A stretch of 64,000 bases of DNA from Tubulanus polymorphus (lineage: Eukaryota > Animalia > Nemertea). Made by a program: the position numbers and the translations under genes. Of the stretch, positions 35,519-50,500 are shown one piece after another. The stretch spans positions 20,680,150 to 20,744,149 of the forward strand of contig NC_134026.1 in assembly GCF_964204645.1 (NCBI RefSeq). Direction: 5' to 3'. Every line of letters begins with the position of its first letter. Within the stretch, counting starts at the first letter, position 1. The notes beneath the pieces were generated by a model. It ran no database searches. It was not told the DNA's origin and was given only the letters and a program-made list of their open reading frames with translations.

Positions 35519-38500
35519 CTAGGATTTCGGTGTTATAGCGATTGATTGACGAGCGGTCAACGGTTGTTGTTGCAAATCGGAAGTACTGCCGAGTGCGGCT
35601 AATTTCTGTGATCGTGTTAAAGTTAGGTTTATCTTCTTCTGCGTGAGCTCGGCTCGTAACGCTCGAAGCTCGCTTTCCGCCTGGTTTCTCAACTGCAAGA
35701 GGGAGTTAAGACGTCGTATTAGTGAGGAACATACATTCAATGTTATGAGAAGTCATCCATTTGTTACGAATGTAGGTCTGGAATTGGATGCAAAAACTAA
35801 GATTCTGCCCAGTAAAAGTTTGGAAATGTAGTTCTACATGTAGCTGTTGCATTCAGAAGGCTTTGCTGATTTATGAAATAAGTGATCACTTGGGAAGTTT
35901 AAACTTCTTTAGGTGTTTTCAAAAGGCACACAATATAACACGCATTGTCAAATATTACAAAAACGTACTGTGGCAACAGATCAAATGTATATGATGAATG
36001 CAGTGCTTGGAAATGCATGGAAAGGCTTCAAATCTATGTAAAACTTGGTATATGTAATAAATAGATGACTCTTAGGATACAGAGTTCAGGTGACTTATCA
36101 TGCTTAATACTTGATACTCTCATTTCATCTAAATAATTATGGTAAATGCGAGCAAAAAACTTTTTCAAATGTTAAAAAGCCAAGCTGGAGATTTGAGGAT
36201 ATTTGCAAGCGTCTGAAAAAAAGGTTTTGTCATTTCAACCATGAACAATTACCCATTCGTGAGAATAACTCAGTAAGTTATACCAATTATTCAAGTTCAA
36301 TTCATTTTAGGTTCTATGAACTCAGTCAAAGAAATATTTTTATATGTACTTCATAGAATTGGGCCCTGATCTGATGTACAGTTGGACCATGTCAGCGAAT
36401 TTGATTTCACAATAAGAATCACAGTGCCATATAGTATCCAGCAAAACCGTTCGGAATCATATCAAAATCACCGTATGGTTTCGTAAGTTTGACTTTATAA
36501 TCAATCACCTTAACTTCGGCAGTCAATTTCATTTTTGAATCGTCGACGCGTCGTTGCATTTCTTCCACTTCGTGTTGTAACTTCGTAGCTTGGATTCGCA
36601 GATTTGCCTACGAAAAACAATACACGACCATTGAAAATGTTTGATATAACAGGAAAACAAGTCCGTTACAATTGTGAGTATATGTACTACATTTATCTAT
36701 TTTGTACTACATTTATTTGTCTTCATGTGCCAAGTTTGGAGTTAAGTATTCAAAACTAATTTTGACTCAAAGTCATGAAACTATGGAGGGGGTCCTTTGT
36801 CAATATACTTGATATTCTAAGTTTGAATATGGTACACAGTTAGCAATGGAATATACCTGACCAAGTGCATCCCAGGGTTCATAAAAATGTTCAGCAAGAT
36901 CCTCATTGAAAATAGTGAAAAATCAGCTAATTCAAGATTTTTAATTGAACCTTTAAGGTAACTGGAAATTGATGTAATGGGTACTAAGATGCTAGGAACC
37001 TCGGGTAGGGCTAATAAACAAAGAATATCATATCAATATCATCTTACCGCTTGTGAAGGTTTCCCGCCCTTTTCAACTGGTTTAATACTATGTTTCTCTT
37101 TCACTGGACCAGTTTCCATTTGACCAACTATTTTCCTGTGTAACGACTCCAGTTCGATTCGCAGTTTGTTACATTTGTCCTCCAATGCCGGAGTTTTCTT
37201 TTTCTCTTCAAAATATTTCTTCTTCCAAACATCCCTCGCTGAAAAATCGTAATGAGAAGATTCATAGAGGAGCTGTGTTAACCTAGTGTAGAATAAGTAA
37301 AATGAGATGGATAGCACTTCATAGGTTAACGTGTTTACTTGAAGTATGAGCTTTCGCTACTCATGTATACCAGTATACATTAGTAACAAAACCTTGTACT
37401 TCAAATAAACAAGTTAACCTATGAAGTGCTATCCATTCACCTATTGAAAAAATATACCAACAAATAATGAATCAATATATTGCAGCTTGGCCAAAAACAA
37501 CAAAATTCTCCCACAGGGTTCAATTTGAAGAGATTTTTAGACAATGTTTGAAAAATTTTTCAGATTCTTTTCGACCATTATCACTACTATGAAGTCTAAC
37601 ATATATGAGTACAGCTTCACCAGGTACCAGTGATAAAAACACCAGTAGAGCATCAAACCAAATCCAGTTAGATATTCAGTAAGATACCCCAGTTAAGCTA
37701 CCCTGAGACACCTTTACCCAGGTTAACGAAGCTGTAGTGACTCTGTAGGATGATGATTTTTTACATCTTATATAATACAGAAGTACCGGTACTGGTATCT
37801 ACTTTGGCCGTTCGTTTAATCATGCTAGAAGGGACCTCATCAAACTAGAGACTCTTTTTTTATGCAGAATAGATCTCGTATTGTTGGCTATGTCTGTTCC
37901 ATAATGTATGTAAATCTTTTACTTATTGTGCATGCATAACTGCTTAGTCACATGTCTGGATATGCTCTGCGATAGCAAGCAACTCATAGTGCGATACCTT
38001 GATTTCGTTTAGTTTGTGTTTTCGACTGCAGCAGTTTCGCTCGTCGTACTAATTCTTCACGTTTCGCTTCCATTTCTTTACGATCTTTCTGAATTTGTTC
38101 CAATTCCTCCATCAACTGGCGTCCTATTTGATACATAAACATCAGATATTTGCCATATCAGACGACAACTACTACTTTATGGTATGAATTTCATTTTAAT
38201 CAGGTACTGTGGTGGTTGTGAACTATAAATGCATAAGTAATCTAACAGCTAAATCATTTTCTAACAGAACCACATACATCCATTGCTCATGTACAATCAT
38301 TATTAATATCTAAGAGATGTCAATATCTAAGAGAAGTACCAGGTACATGGAGGTCATTGCTATGCATATTTTTTGGTAATTCATTCTACATGATCCATTG
38401 CCTGAATAGCATTTCTAAGTAAATCAGATATTTCTGAGTGAGTGTATGGTAGTTTCCAATGGCGCTTTAGCCGGAGAGCTAATGGTAGCACAGGCAGTAT

Positions 38501-41500
38501 TGTAGAAATAGATAAAGTGTAAAATAATGAAAAAGAATTGAACTAACGAAGATCAATGAACTGGTTATAAATGAAGGACGAAGATGGCATTAAAAAAGTA
38601 TCGGTCGCCAGCAGACCAAAATCTAAACAGAATTCTAAATTTAAACGAAAAAAGATATCTGGAGATGGAAAAACCTTACCAAGCATCGGGGCTTGATTTA
38701 AAAGCCCGCCTAACCTGCGTTCTGATGACAAAATTACAAAGAACACATGAAAATATGTCTTAACATTTGAGCGATCAGATTGCCCTTGAAAAAATTGGCA
38801 CAAATTCTAAAACCAACATACGGTTCTTTCATCAAACAGGTTCAATCTTAAAATCTATCATGTCCAATAGTTTCAGGTCATTTACTAAGATCCATTTTCA
38901 TTCAGCGATATTCATAAACTTACTTTCGTCATCTTTGTTTTTTGCAGCTGCTTTCTTTCTTTCCTCCTCTTCTCGTAATCGCCGTTCCTTTTCCTCCTTC
39001 AAACGTCGTTCATCTTCTTCTTCTCTTCGTTTGCGTTCCAACTCCTCTCGTCGTCGGCGATCATCTTCTTCTTGTCGCTGTACATTTTCCCAATCTTCCT
39101 GCTCTTGTCGCCGACGTCGCTCTTCGTCTTCAAGCTCCTGGCGTCGCCGCCGGTCATCCTCTTCTTTCTGACGTCTTCGTTCCTCCTCGCGACGTCTGCG
39201 TTCTTCCTCGCGACGTCTCCTCTCCTCTTCCAGTTTACGGCGGTTCTCGCTGGAAGTTACATTCAAAAAATATCTTAAATGTTCTTGAAAAAAATGAAAT
39301 AATTGCCAACTAGAATAAATGGCCGAAACTGTAGATTCATAGTGCCTGTAGACCATGTCTTATTCAGCAAGGACTGTTACCATCTCGCAGAGTTGACCAA
39401 TACTGAGTCAAGAATTAGGTAATAAAAGGTTTCTAGAAATAAATGTCACGTATTATAGTCTAACCTCCTTCATATAATTCTGTTTAACACAAAACATCTG
39501 TTAATCATAATGATTTCCTTAATCACAATGATTTCTAGATGTCCCAGCTGAGACACATCAATCCACATTTGGATAAGATGTAACCATTTAATTCGAACAT
39601 TCCACAAAATTTGTATTAACAAGCTTTACTTGTTGTATTCACCTACCATACTTGAATGGTTTAACCAGTAATGAGTACCGGTAATGAGATCTTTACGGTT
39701 GATTAATTTTAAAGATTATAGAAAGTAATTTTTGATACAAGGTTGCACTATTTTTATAGTACTTTGATATCAATTTCATATAAATTTGAAGCTTTACAAC
39801 ATAGTTACAACAGTTTACAACATAACAGCAAACAAGACTTTGTATGAACCTAGTACATCGTTACAATAACATTAAAGAATAAATATAGAAATGAACTTAA
39901 CAAAATACTTCAGATTCTTAATATAGTCAAAGCTAGATTATTCAAAATCCCTGCACATCTTAGCAACCTGCATTGGGGACTTCAAGGAGTTCATGTCTTT
40001 TATGGGACACTTACCTGTCACGTCCCTCCCCTTCTAACTCATCAAAATCATCTTCCTCCTCCTCCAACTCCTCATCAGCTTCTTCTTCTGGCTCTTCCTG
40101 AGGTTCAGCGTCATCGCTATGCTCTGCCCACCGATCCTCATCTGTCGGATCGGGTTTATACGGAGTAAGAGTTCGTTGGCGCTGTTGAGAAGGCGCTGGA
40201 GGAGTGGATTGTCGTGACGGTGGTTTCGGGGATTCTGCCGGTTTTGGAGGTGGGGCTATATGTACTCGGGGTTTAGGCTTTTTTTGCTGGATCTTTTCAG
40301 GTTTTCTCCTAAAGTTAGACAGAAATAGAAGAAGCTTTTTTTACAGGAATGTTAATGAAATAAAGAGAAAACTACTAGGCATAAAGGTCACAGCATAGAG
40401 ATAGATGAAAGACAATCATGGTAGACGAGTTGACTTCTTAGAAATCAATTCAATGAAGCTCCAGGGGCAGATCCAGGGGGACTTGGGAATTTTTTTATGG
40501 CTTTTTTATTCAACAAAGAAAGTTGGTACGATATTGCCTTTTTGGAAATCAATGTGCCCATTTGATTCAAAATTGGCCCCTGGATCCTGAGCTATAGCCA
40601 ACATGAATAAGAGCCCAGCCCTTCATGCAAAAAAACATCTCAAGCTAAAATCTGTACATTGAAAGACTTCCGAATAAAAATGATTATAATTGAAAAATGA
40701 ATAAAATATGAATACATGTAGAGGTAAGAAGTACATGCATGCTGATTATCCACTAGAAGAAATTGGTGATGTTAGCAAGATAAGCTATAAGGAAAAAAGA
40801 CAAGTGAAGAGTCTGGTTTAATCAAAAGTTGAAAAACCTGGTTAAATGGATAGCAACTGATACTAGGAAACCAGTCTCAGGTTAGAGGGAAGTTATTATT
40901 GGTATTCAATCTTCTGTTAATATCCAACAAGGGGTGGTTGCAGGTGTCATTACAGGAAGGTGATTGTGCAGCACTTAGTGGTTGATTTGCATAAATCTTA
41001 ATGTGCAGTTACATAACACATATAAACGTAACATGAAGACCAAGTATATGCATCTGTAACGGCCGCAGTTAAATTATAAGAAGCCACTTTTTAAGCCCCT
41101 TATTTTCAAGCAAATCTTCTCTAAGAGCATGAAATGGCAATTTTATGAATGGCGTCTTACACATGTATATGAGATTTTGATAACAACAAGACATACATGA
41201 AACATACTGAATTTTATAAAGACTGATTACATTTTGGACACTGTGAGAACAAAACCTCGACAAACTATTTTCCCTAGTACATGTACAGTTTTATCATGAT
41301 GCACCATAGGAAGACATTTCTATCGAGACTTCAATTTTCCAGCAAAACCATATTAGAACTAGGCTTTGGCTCTAACAGTTATTTACAATTATGAATTGAT
41401 GTCTATCTAGAAATGAACATGCAGGGAATCTGCATGGTAAAGTGAGAATTGAATGCAGTCTATATTGCATAGCAACATCAAACAGCCTAGAATCTGCACC

Positions 41501-44500
41501 TAAAAATCTCTATTACTCACAATTATAATTTAAAGGCAATTCATTTGCAAGGTTTTGCTATCACTTGTATCATTGCGATTACAACAAACATTCATACAAA
41601 TATATACCATCGATTCAAAAGGAAGAGTTTCTGCAGGCAGGTGACAAGGGTGAAGCAGGTAGGAGAACAGATGGTGGTGTGTAGCTGATGGTGATTAAAC
41701 ACCCAATCATCGTGTGTCTTACCGACTTTTCATTGTGTTAGTTCGTGGATTGTTAAGCGTGTACGTGCCAGGTCGAGAATCGGGAGACCCATCATTGTCA
41801 TCATTGTCGGAATGAACAGCACTCACTGCGCCATCCAAACTATCTTCATCGTTCTTTTGATCATTTTGTCTTTCAATTTTCCGAACAGGTTTCTTATAAT
41901 CCACTGCCAAAGGTTTACGAGAATCGCTAACCATATCATCAGCACCATTCTCTGAACTCGTAGCATTTACATTCGGAGCCACAAATTCCGATTTACTGGT
42001 TTGTGTTGAATTATTGTTTTTGTTTGAATCCATTAGCCTCGGTTTCAGAGTTGGGAATGTCAAATTATCCAGTTCGACATCGTCGGCACCATTTTCAGAG
42101 TTGGTTGCACTAACATTTACCGATGGGATGATTGTAGCATCTTTAGGTTGAGGGAGATCTTTAAAAATCGGTTTTTCAAGAATTATGTTTATCTCCTCGT
42201 CCGTAAGTCGTTTCGGAGATCGCGAATTAGGATGATTTTTAGCATCTCCATTTGATTCGCTATCTTTAAGAGCAGTTGAGCTGGGTTGAAACTCATCCTG
42301 AGCTTCTTCCGGGCCAGGGCGTACAGTAGTGCCTAAATTTGGGGAAACCCCTAGCATGCCATCGTAAGATAACAAAGCATCCTTGATTTGATCATGTAAG
42401 GAAGAAGACTGACTATTCCTATCATTCGAATCAAGAGAAACTTTAGTATCTTCTTCATGTATAGTGCTACAATTATTGTTACTAAGAGCTGGGCTTATAT
42501 TCGCCGAATTCGGAGGCACTCTCAGTTCTAAAATGGAGTCTTCTACTAAATCATTTATAGTCACCGTATCGTCGGGTTTAGTTTCTATGCGAAGATCGTC
42601 ACTTTTTATTCTATTTCTGGTAGATTTTAATTTGCGTTTAGGTCGAGAAGGTCGTTCATACATTAGATCGTCGCTATCCGTGTCTATATCCTTTGCAACT
42701 CGAACAATATCCCGATTTTGCAGTGAATCGTCAGTCTTCGTATCAAGTATGTTGATGATAGGATCTGGTTCTTCGTTGCCACTGAGAGTTATTTTTTGAT
42801 CCAACGGTATCGACTTAAATGCCACATTCCTTCAAACAACACGAATGTCATGAATGATGTTCAGTAATTACATAAAGATCATTGAATTACACAATACTGT
42901 AACAGGCATCCCATTCATAACTATACGAATATGGTTTTGTTACTCTCATTTTATGTTGCTAATTTTTCATCTTTCTTACTTAGTTGTAAGCACATTATTG
43001 AATGATTCGCCTTCACTTTAGCATAGAACTTTACAAGACTCCATTACAGGTGGCTGAGTCTTGAAATATTTTACAAAAAATTCTTCATTGAAATGGTACA
43101 TGAATATAATTTGATAATGGGATGCCTGCCTAATTACCATTTTCACGAAATTACCATTAATCAAAATGACCTAGCCTGCCGGGCTTTGATCATGCTGATG
43201 ATGTGGTATCTAGTATATCAATTCAATTCAGTGTAGCACGATGATGGATCACAATATCCTGATTATGAATATTGATGAGGTGACTGAAATGCATCGCATA
43301 TGCAATAAATGGTATGAAAATTACAGTATTTCAAATTAGCTAATCAGTCAAAAAGCCAGGCAGGCCATTATTGTTGAGTTAAGTCTAGATCTGACATAGT
43401 GAAGCTAGCTTTCAAAATCAATGACAATCTCAAATTAAATTTTTGCTCCCCGGCTGATTGATAACTATTTTTCAAATTAATCATCATTTTGGATTGAGCT
43501 TCGATTGACAAACCTGAACTAGGTATCAAAGAAGGGTACATGGCTTACCTCAGCTAACTTATGATTATATAAAATGAAATTTTCAGTGGTCCAAATCAGA
43601 ATCCAAAGGATTAAGCAACACTCTAAAAGGACACCTTTTTAATGCACCTATCCTCCTTCCCATTAAAGGAGAAAGAACTCTAGGTGATCTAAAAAACTTT
43701 TGAAATTTTGATGCTTCTGTGAGCAAACACTGTTTCACCACAATTTCTGATGCTTAAAAAGGGTACTTTTACAGGATTGCAAGAATGAAAAAAATCAACT
43801 GGTTATTTCAATTGGTGTTATTAGTGGTGCATCATCTCAAAACTAGTGATTATACAACGCATGCATCGATTATAATCACAAAGAAGTGCATAGTGATTGA
43901 TCACTGCATCAGCAAAACATTTCAACAAAGTTATCTGTTCTGTTCTTCCGAAGTGAAGTGGCATTTCAAATTCCGAATTCATTTGATGAATCAAAAAAAA
44001 GGACGTAAATGCAAAAAATATAAACCACCCAACAAAAATGAAGAAATGACATGTACAGTTATTCTTTACCAAAAATTGAAGTTACTATTTCCGAGAATAT
44101 CATCATCGGCGGGTAGCGTATCGCTCGACGAGTCTGTAAAGAATTATCATAATTCGAGATAAAAAATATGAGCGCGAAGACTTACCGGTCTAACTGCCTC
44201 TGACGGTCGCTGTACGAGTCCTCGGCGATTCCCGAATCTTTCGTCTCCTGACTATATTTCGCGCGTCGCGACGACGTATCTGCAGTGGGAATTTTACGGG
44301 TGAGCAAATCAAAATAGAAACTCGTTCGGGAGCCGCACGGCGTCGCGCTCATCGGCGTACCCGACGCCGTCTGCCGCCGCGCGCTGGCCGGCGACCCCGA
44401 ACGGGTGCCGTTATCGTCATTGTTTTTATTGTTATTTATGAAGTTGTCATCGTCGTTCGTATCAGAATTTTCCAACAAATGAGGAGTTCGCAGTTCGGCG

Positions 44501-47500
44501 GAAGAAGACGATCCGATTTCGTCGCGTTCGGGTTCTACCGGTCGTGGCGTTTGACTTTTAGCGCGAACGGGCTTCGGCTCGGGCTCTGCAGAGAAACATT
44601 CAAATTATGCGCTGTTAAAATAACCTGTGTCTCTTTTCACGCGTAAAAGCTCACAACAGAGAAGTTTTTCAATGTTTTCCCACTTTATGTACTTCATATT
44701 AAAATTCCAAACAACAACAACAAAGTCATTAAAATATATAGTTATGAACACAAATCGATCAGGTGCAGATCCAAGAGGGTTGCTTTAGGTGCTTACTTAA
44801 CTTATTGTTATATGATAAGGTTTTGTCTTATATTTTCTACTTATTGCATCCAGCCTATTTTTCAAATTTCGGACACAGCTTTACTGATTTTGAAATGGTA
44901 TCTGTGGACATAATGGGGTACCGGCACGCACTAGATGTCGCAAAAATGCACTCAGTTATAATTAATGAAAATTAGTTCATTTTCAATTAACTTTGAACTG
45001 GCTTTTCAGGCTCCTAAATGGAAATTTTGCAAAACAAGTCATCAAACAGATATAAAATTGATGTCCCCAATGAGTGTATCGTAAAATTTTACTGAAAAAT
45101 GATTTGCCAATGAGAAAAGTTGATTCGAATTTAATTAAAATGTATAGATGAAATTGAATCATGTAACCGAGTAACCGCTTGTGAACCTGGCAGATCCTTG
45201 CCTGCCATAAGTGGAATCCTCATTGCTGATGCCCCATTAGAATGGAGTTATGGGAAGCCCAAAACCCCTCATCTAAATCCTGAATCTTGCCAGTTAATTT
45301 CTCAACAATCAAATGGATAAAGTGAACGACCCTTTATCGAAAATTCTGCCAGCTAAATGACTAATATCCAAAAATTTGTTATAAAAGTGAAGTAGGCTGA
45401 ATACATTCAAAGTTTTAGAAGATTGGGAATTCGATTTTTTTCCTTTATTTCATATCAAAGGCTGAATTCTTTTGCTGCTATCTTTTCTGATACAGATTTT
45501 CCATGACCAACGGAGACAGTCAGTGCCAGTTGAGTACCATGCACATTTTAATGATCTAATGATTTTCCAGTGAAGTTATATAGTGAAATCATTGAGAATA
45601 CATGTACAGTGGCAGAATGTAAAGGGATAACTAATGAGTACAATTAATATTGATTGATTTTTCGATGAAAATGCCATTAGCAGACGACACAACTTTACAA
45701 AGTATGATAAATCATGTGCCATCCAAGAAAATTCAGTACTACTAAGATTTACAACAAAATAAGACCTATCAATTAATTCAAAAAGGGGAATTGAATTGGT
45801 AAGAAAAAGAACACTAACAGAGAAAGACAAAACTGATTTTTTCATCAACGTAAATATTGTAATTATTTCTTATTTCTTTTCTACTTCAATTCTCAAATTT
45901 TTTTGCTAGAACATCAATGATAAGAATTCATATCAACCATATTTTTGTAGCAATTGCATAATCAATAAAGGATTATAAGTTATGAATGATAATACGCTCA
46001 AGATTTTATAGATGAGAATTTTGTTATAAATTTGTGCAAAAATACGCAAGCTAGCGATTAACTGTGACATAGGAATTTTTTCGGGGTTATATCGCCATTA
46101 CCTTACAAAAGCGAGGTTAAAAGGGTTATTACAAAGATCGTTAGAAAACAAAACTAAATTTGATAAATAGAGATTAGCTTAAACCACGACATGTGTACCT
46201 AAAAAGAGATATCATTTCATCGTCTGAGACACAGGTTACTTATACATCAACGGATAATTTGAATGCCGAGTCATTCTGCATTAATTTTTTCGAGAGCCTT
46301 TCGAAAATTTGTGCAATTCGTTTTTGTCAATAGAAGAAATAGATAGTGAACACGAAATTTAAGAAAAGCTGACAAATAATCATGAAAATATGGGCTCAGG
46401 GTTCGATTAATGATTGGGAACAAAGAATTTGCAGTAAACATAGTAATGAAAATTGTGGTTCAAAATGAAAGTGCAAATTTGAACTTTTTTATCCAAAACA
46501 TATCGATAATTTTCTAGTTCGTAATTTTCCTCGCAGGAATGTTCATTACACGAGATGAATGGATTCTTTGAATTAATCATAGAGTGGATAATCTCTTGCT
46601 TGAAGAGGTAACAAAACTTTTGATGTGTGGTACTAAAATATTAAGAAGCATTAAAATGAGTTATAATCTTCTTCTAAACGGATTAAGTATTCTGATGGGG
46701 AGGGGTTTGCTTGAGTTACTGCGATGCATAGGATGCTTATACATTAAAACGATAACATACAATTTTCATGCAATATTTACAAAAAGCCATGCAATTATTT
46801 TCAATTTAAAGTTAAATTCAAATTGCCATGCTTAATAAATACAATTTTCATGGTGCGTACATGTATTCTAAATTAAAAGAATGGAGAAATCAGAAATCAG
46901 GCTAATGCAGAAGTTTCTAGCTGGGAAACTGTTGCAAGTGATAACTTTCTGCCTCATACATTTAAAAAAAAACATTCTAAAACATTATCAAAATTACTAG
47001 TTCGATTGTCAATGTGACCAGGGAGGTTGCTTTGAACTAGAAATATGCAGCATTAGAGGCGCAGAAACCATGATTTTGAGAAATGAACTTTTTATCATGG
47101 AAGGAGCACTAAAATCACAAATACGCTTGGGACAGTTAAACTAGAATTTCTTTCACTCACGAATCATTTCCAATTTCTCCTTCTTTTTTATACATATTAG
47201 GACTATCAATCTACCTTTACTCTTATTGTAGGGAGTGATGGAATTCCTGAGCGAATCATCGTCGGTCGACGACATGCCCCTCATCGTCGCAGGAGGATCC
47301 AATAAAAATATCTCCGGACAATATGCCTGAAATATATGTAACACGCAAATGATATCATGACACAACATATATTATGATAGATGAATTATCAAATGTTGGC
47401 CGAAAGGGCAACAAAAAACCCCAAGTCTCAAGTACTTTAAAGTTGATAACGACACTTACGTGAGGGGGGAGGAAATGCTTGATTTTCATCTGGTATTCTT

Positions 47501-50500
47501 GTTTCGCCTTAACCTAAAAAAATAAATAACGGTCCAAAAAAATTTTTGCGAAGTGCTTCTCATGATCTACAGGGCAGATACTAGCGACCTAAATACCTAG
47601 CGACCTAAAAGACAAGTGAAAATTACACGAAATTCAGGATGAAATTATAGCTGAAACCAGACAAACTTAATGGTTTTTCCCTCAGCCTGTGAGCGAAAGT
47701 CTAGATGGGGTGGCAAATATGCCACCAGGGCACATCCTCCTCCTGTCCCAAACTTGCATTTAGTACCAAGTTCTAGAAAATCAGACCAAAATTGTAGAAA
47801 ACAGAGCAGGAACAACCTGGTCATAAGTTCCTATTTTCCTATATAAATATGGTTATGGAAGCCATTGTAGATGACAACATGATTGTCATCTTGGATGGCC
47901 TACAAGTCAAAAACAATAGCGCTCAGTCAAAAAATGTAGACTGTAAAGAGGGAACAAGGTCCAGAATTTCAGCCATCTTCAATGAGGCTATGACCAAAAG
48001 GTAGTGCGACTTTCATAGCATACACCTTCTACATAAGAAGGACCTATTTCAAAAACTATGCCCTGCGTGACAGGAACAGTAGACACGTGGAGAGATGTAT
48101 GGAGGCAATGACAATTACCCTTCAGGGCCTGCCAGCAATGGGGTAAAAACTAATTTTTTTCAATACCATCACTATGGTGACTAAGAATAGCTTTTGGTAT
48201 GTATTAAATATTTATATTCTGAGCCACTTTCTTAGTGGCGGTCTATTAATGTGCAAAGCGCTGCATATTTGATTGTGAGGCATCCACAGACCTAACTATG
48301 CACTGTATAGGATTATTAGAAACACAAATCTGCCCCTTGTAAAAGTTTTAGGCTAACTGAGCACCAACTCAATTGTTTGAATGAACAGGAACTGAAATTT
48401 CCAATGATGAACTTCGATTTAAACAAACATTTTTGTAAATTCGACCGCCGATCACACAACTATAGGCTATCTGTACGGATTTCTGATTTCAAAATCAAAC
48501 CCCCTGTTTTGCTCCCCGCAGATGTGGTGGGTATGTAAGGGACACCGCATCAAATGAAATCCACCAATTGAATGAAAAACAGGGTCAATCCATGTTTTTA
48601 AGACAAAAAATAATAGCTTTTAGTTTTAGAATACCGGTAGAATTGCTATTGCTTAAAGAATTTTCCGTCATTGGATCATGAATACCGGTATATGTAAGAT
48701 TTTTTCATTAAAGATCTCTAGGGTGTAAAAATATTGGAAACTCGATTAGGTAATTATTGATCTGATGTTGTATATTCTATATGCATATTAAATGAAAAAA
48801 AAAGTTTTTGTCCAATGTTTTTGTAGCGAAGTAAGCCTGTCTACTTTGCATATTTTCTAAGGCTTGTTCTAGCGTCATTGAAGTTTGTGTATTATGACAG
48901 TACAGAGAATATCTATAATATAAAGTATGCGAGTGTGTAAATGGATTTAAGAGAATTCCCAGCCGGAATAAAATGAGAATTAAGTCTATAGATAAACGCA
49001 AGCGTCGTTATACACATAAGTTCTGTTATGAACAAATACACCTTGTATATATGTATATTCACAAATCAAAAGTTCTAAAGCTGTCCTTACAGAAACGAAG
49101 TGACATATGAGATGTACATGTAATTATGGCTATATTAAAAATACATAGATGATTTAAAGGAAATCCACCATAACAACTCCTCCCTAATGAGTATACAATA
49201 GTCCTCGCTAGGTTCATCTATTTAAGACCATTTTGTTGGGGTTAGTCTTTTTTTCTCTTTAAAAAGGGATTGCCCCTGTTATCTATTGGATTGGTCGTTT
49301 TGGTGTGATTTGTTTTGATTTGGTGTTCCAACAAACTCACCACACCTGTCAGGAGCGAAACAGGGGGTTTGATTTCGGAAATCGAAAATCGAAATACAGA
49401 GCGAGTTGTGTAATCAGCAGTTGAATTTACAAGATTTTTTGTCAAAATCAAAGTACATAATTGGTACCTTCGATTCCGGATCATTCATACAATCTTCCAA
49501 TCAGTCTGTACAGACAAGCGACTGATTGGGGTTAATTTTGTTGGTTGCCTAATGAAATACATCGAGATTTTGGAAACTACGTTGAAGATCAATTAAACCA
49601 AGGGGCTCATGGGTTTGAACTCTGCTGATGGTGGAGTTTGTTTGTTGAGACGAATCATAAACAAATTCAGTACATCTTCGTTTGTGGTGCGGTCTTAACA
49701 ATCATGAAAAATTCAGATTTTTTTTCGCAATACAAAAAACAATTCACACTTTCATAGCATTGTAAATCTATCAACGCCCTTGCAACGACAGTTTAACGGT
49801 GTCATTGAAATACAAGGGCTTGAAAATAGATTCTTTAGAATTTGGGTTACTAAGATTATATCCTAATCGAGTTGTTTTTTTTTCCTGACAAGAGAGATAT
49901 CGGTGTTGAATCAGTGTAAACAATTCGTGCGTTCACTCCCGCTGGTTTGCTACAAAGGTTGAAAGAAAAATCACTTGATCAATCATTAATGTTATCCCAG
50001 TACATTCCTTTACATTCGCACATCAATCATAGAAATTATAAGAATAAAACAATAATTCAGACCAGCCCTCCATAGCGACGAAAGACGTCGTCGACCGGGT
50101 AGAAAACAATCAGAGTCGAAAGCATTCTTCAGCTTTCGATTGACATAATCATGTCTTGGGAATCTGTTGCTTGAAACAACCAATTCCTAAAAAAGGCCAG
50201 AATATTTTCAGCTTCAATTACCTAATTTCGCCTTATGAAAATAGGAATCACTAACTTTTGACGAAAGCCATTCTCTGCTATATTGTAAAAGTGAAGGGTA
50301 TACTTCAAAAACTTTATTAAACCTTGTAGGATAGAAAATGGGTTTTCAAAAATCCAATATGGCCACTAGTCGATGATCTTGAATGCAATGCATAGAGCAT
50401 ACCTCTTTCCAACTGAATATAAAAACACTTTCAAATAAACTCTTCCTCCGGGGGATATCAAGGTATTACCATTTTCATTTCAAATCGCAGGCATAGGCCT

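Noticed and set aside
38767-39313. Plus-strand Ser/Arg-rich ORFs
   Set aside because: Antisense shadows of the ER/K-rich SPATA1 exon.
41719-42825. Stand-alone 368-aa gene
   Set aside because: It begins at GTG just after a phase-compatible acceptor and ends at a GTAAG donor, so it is better explained as an internal SPATA1 exon.
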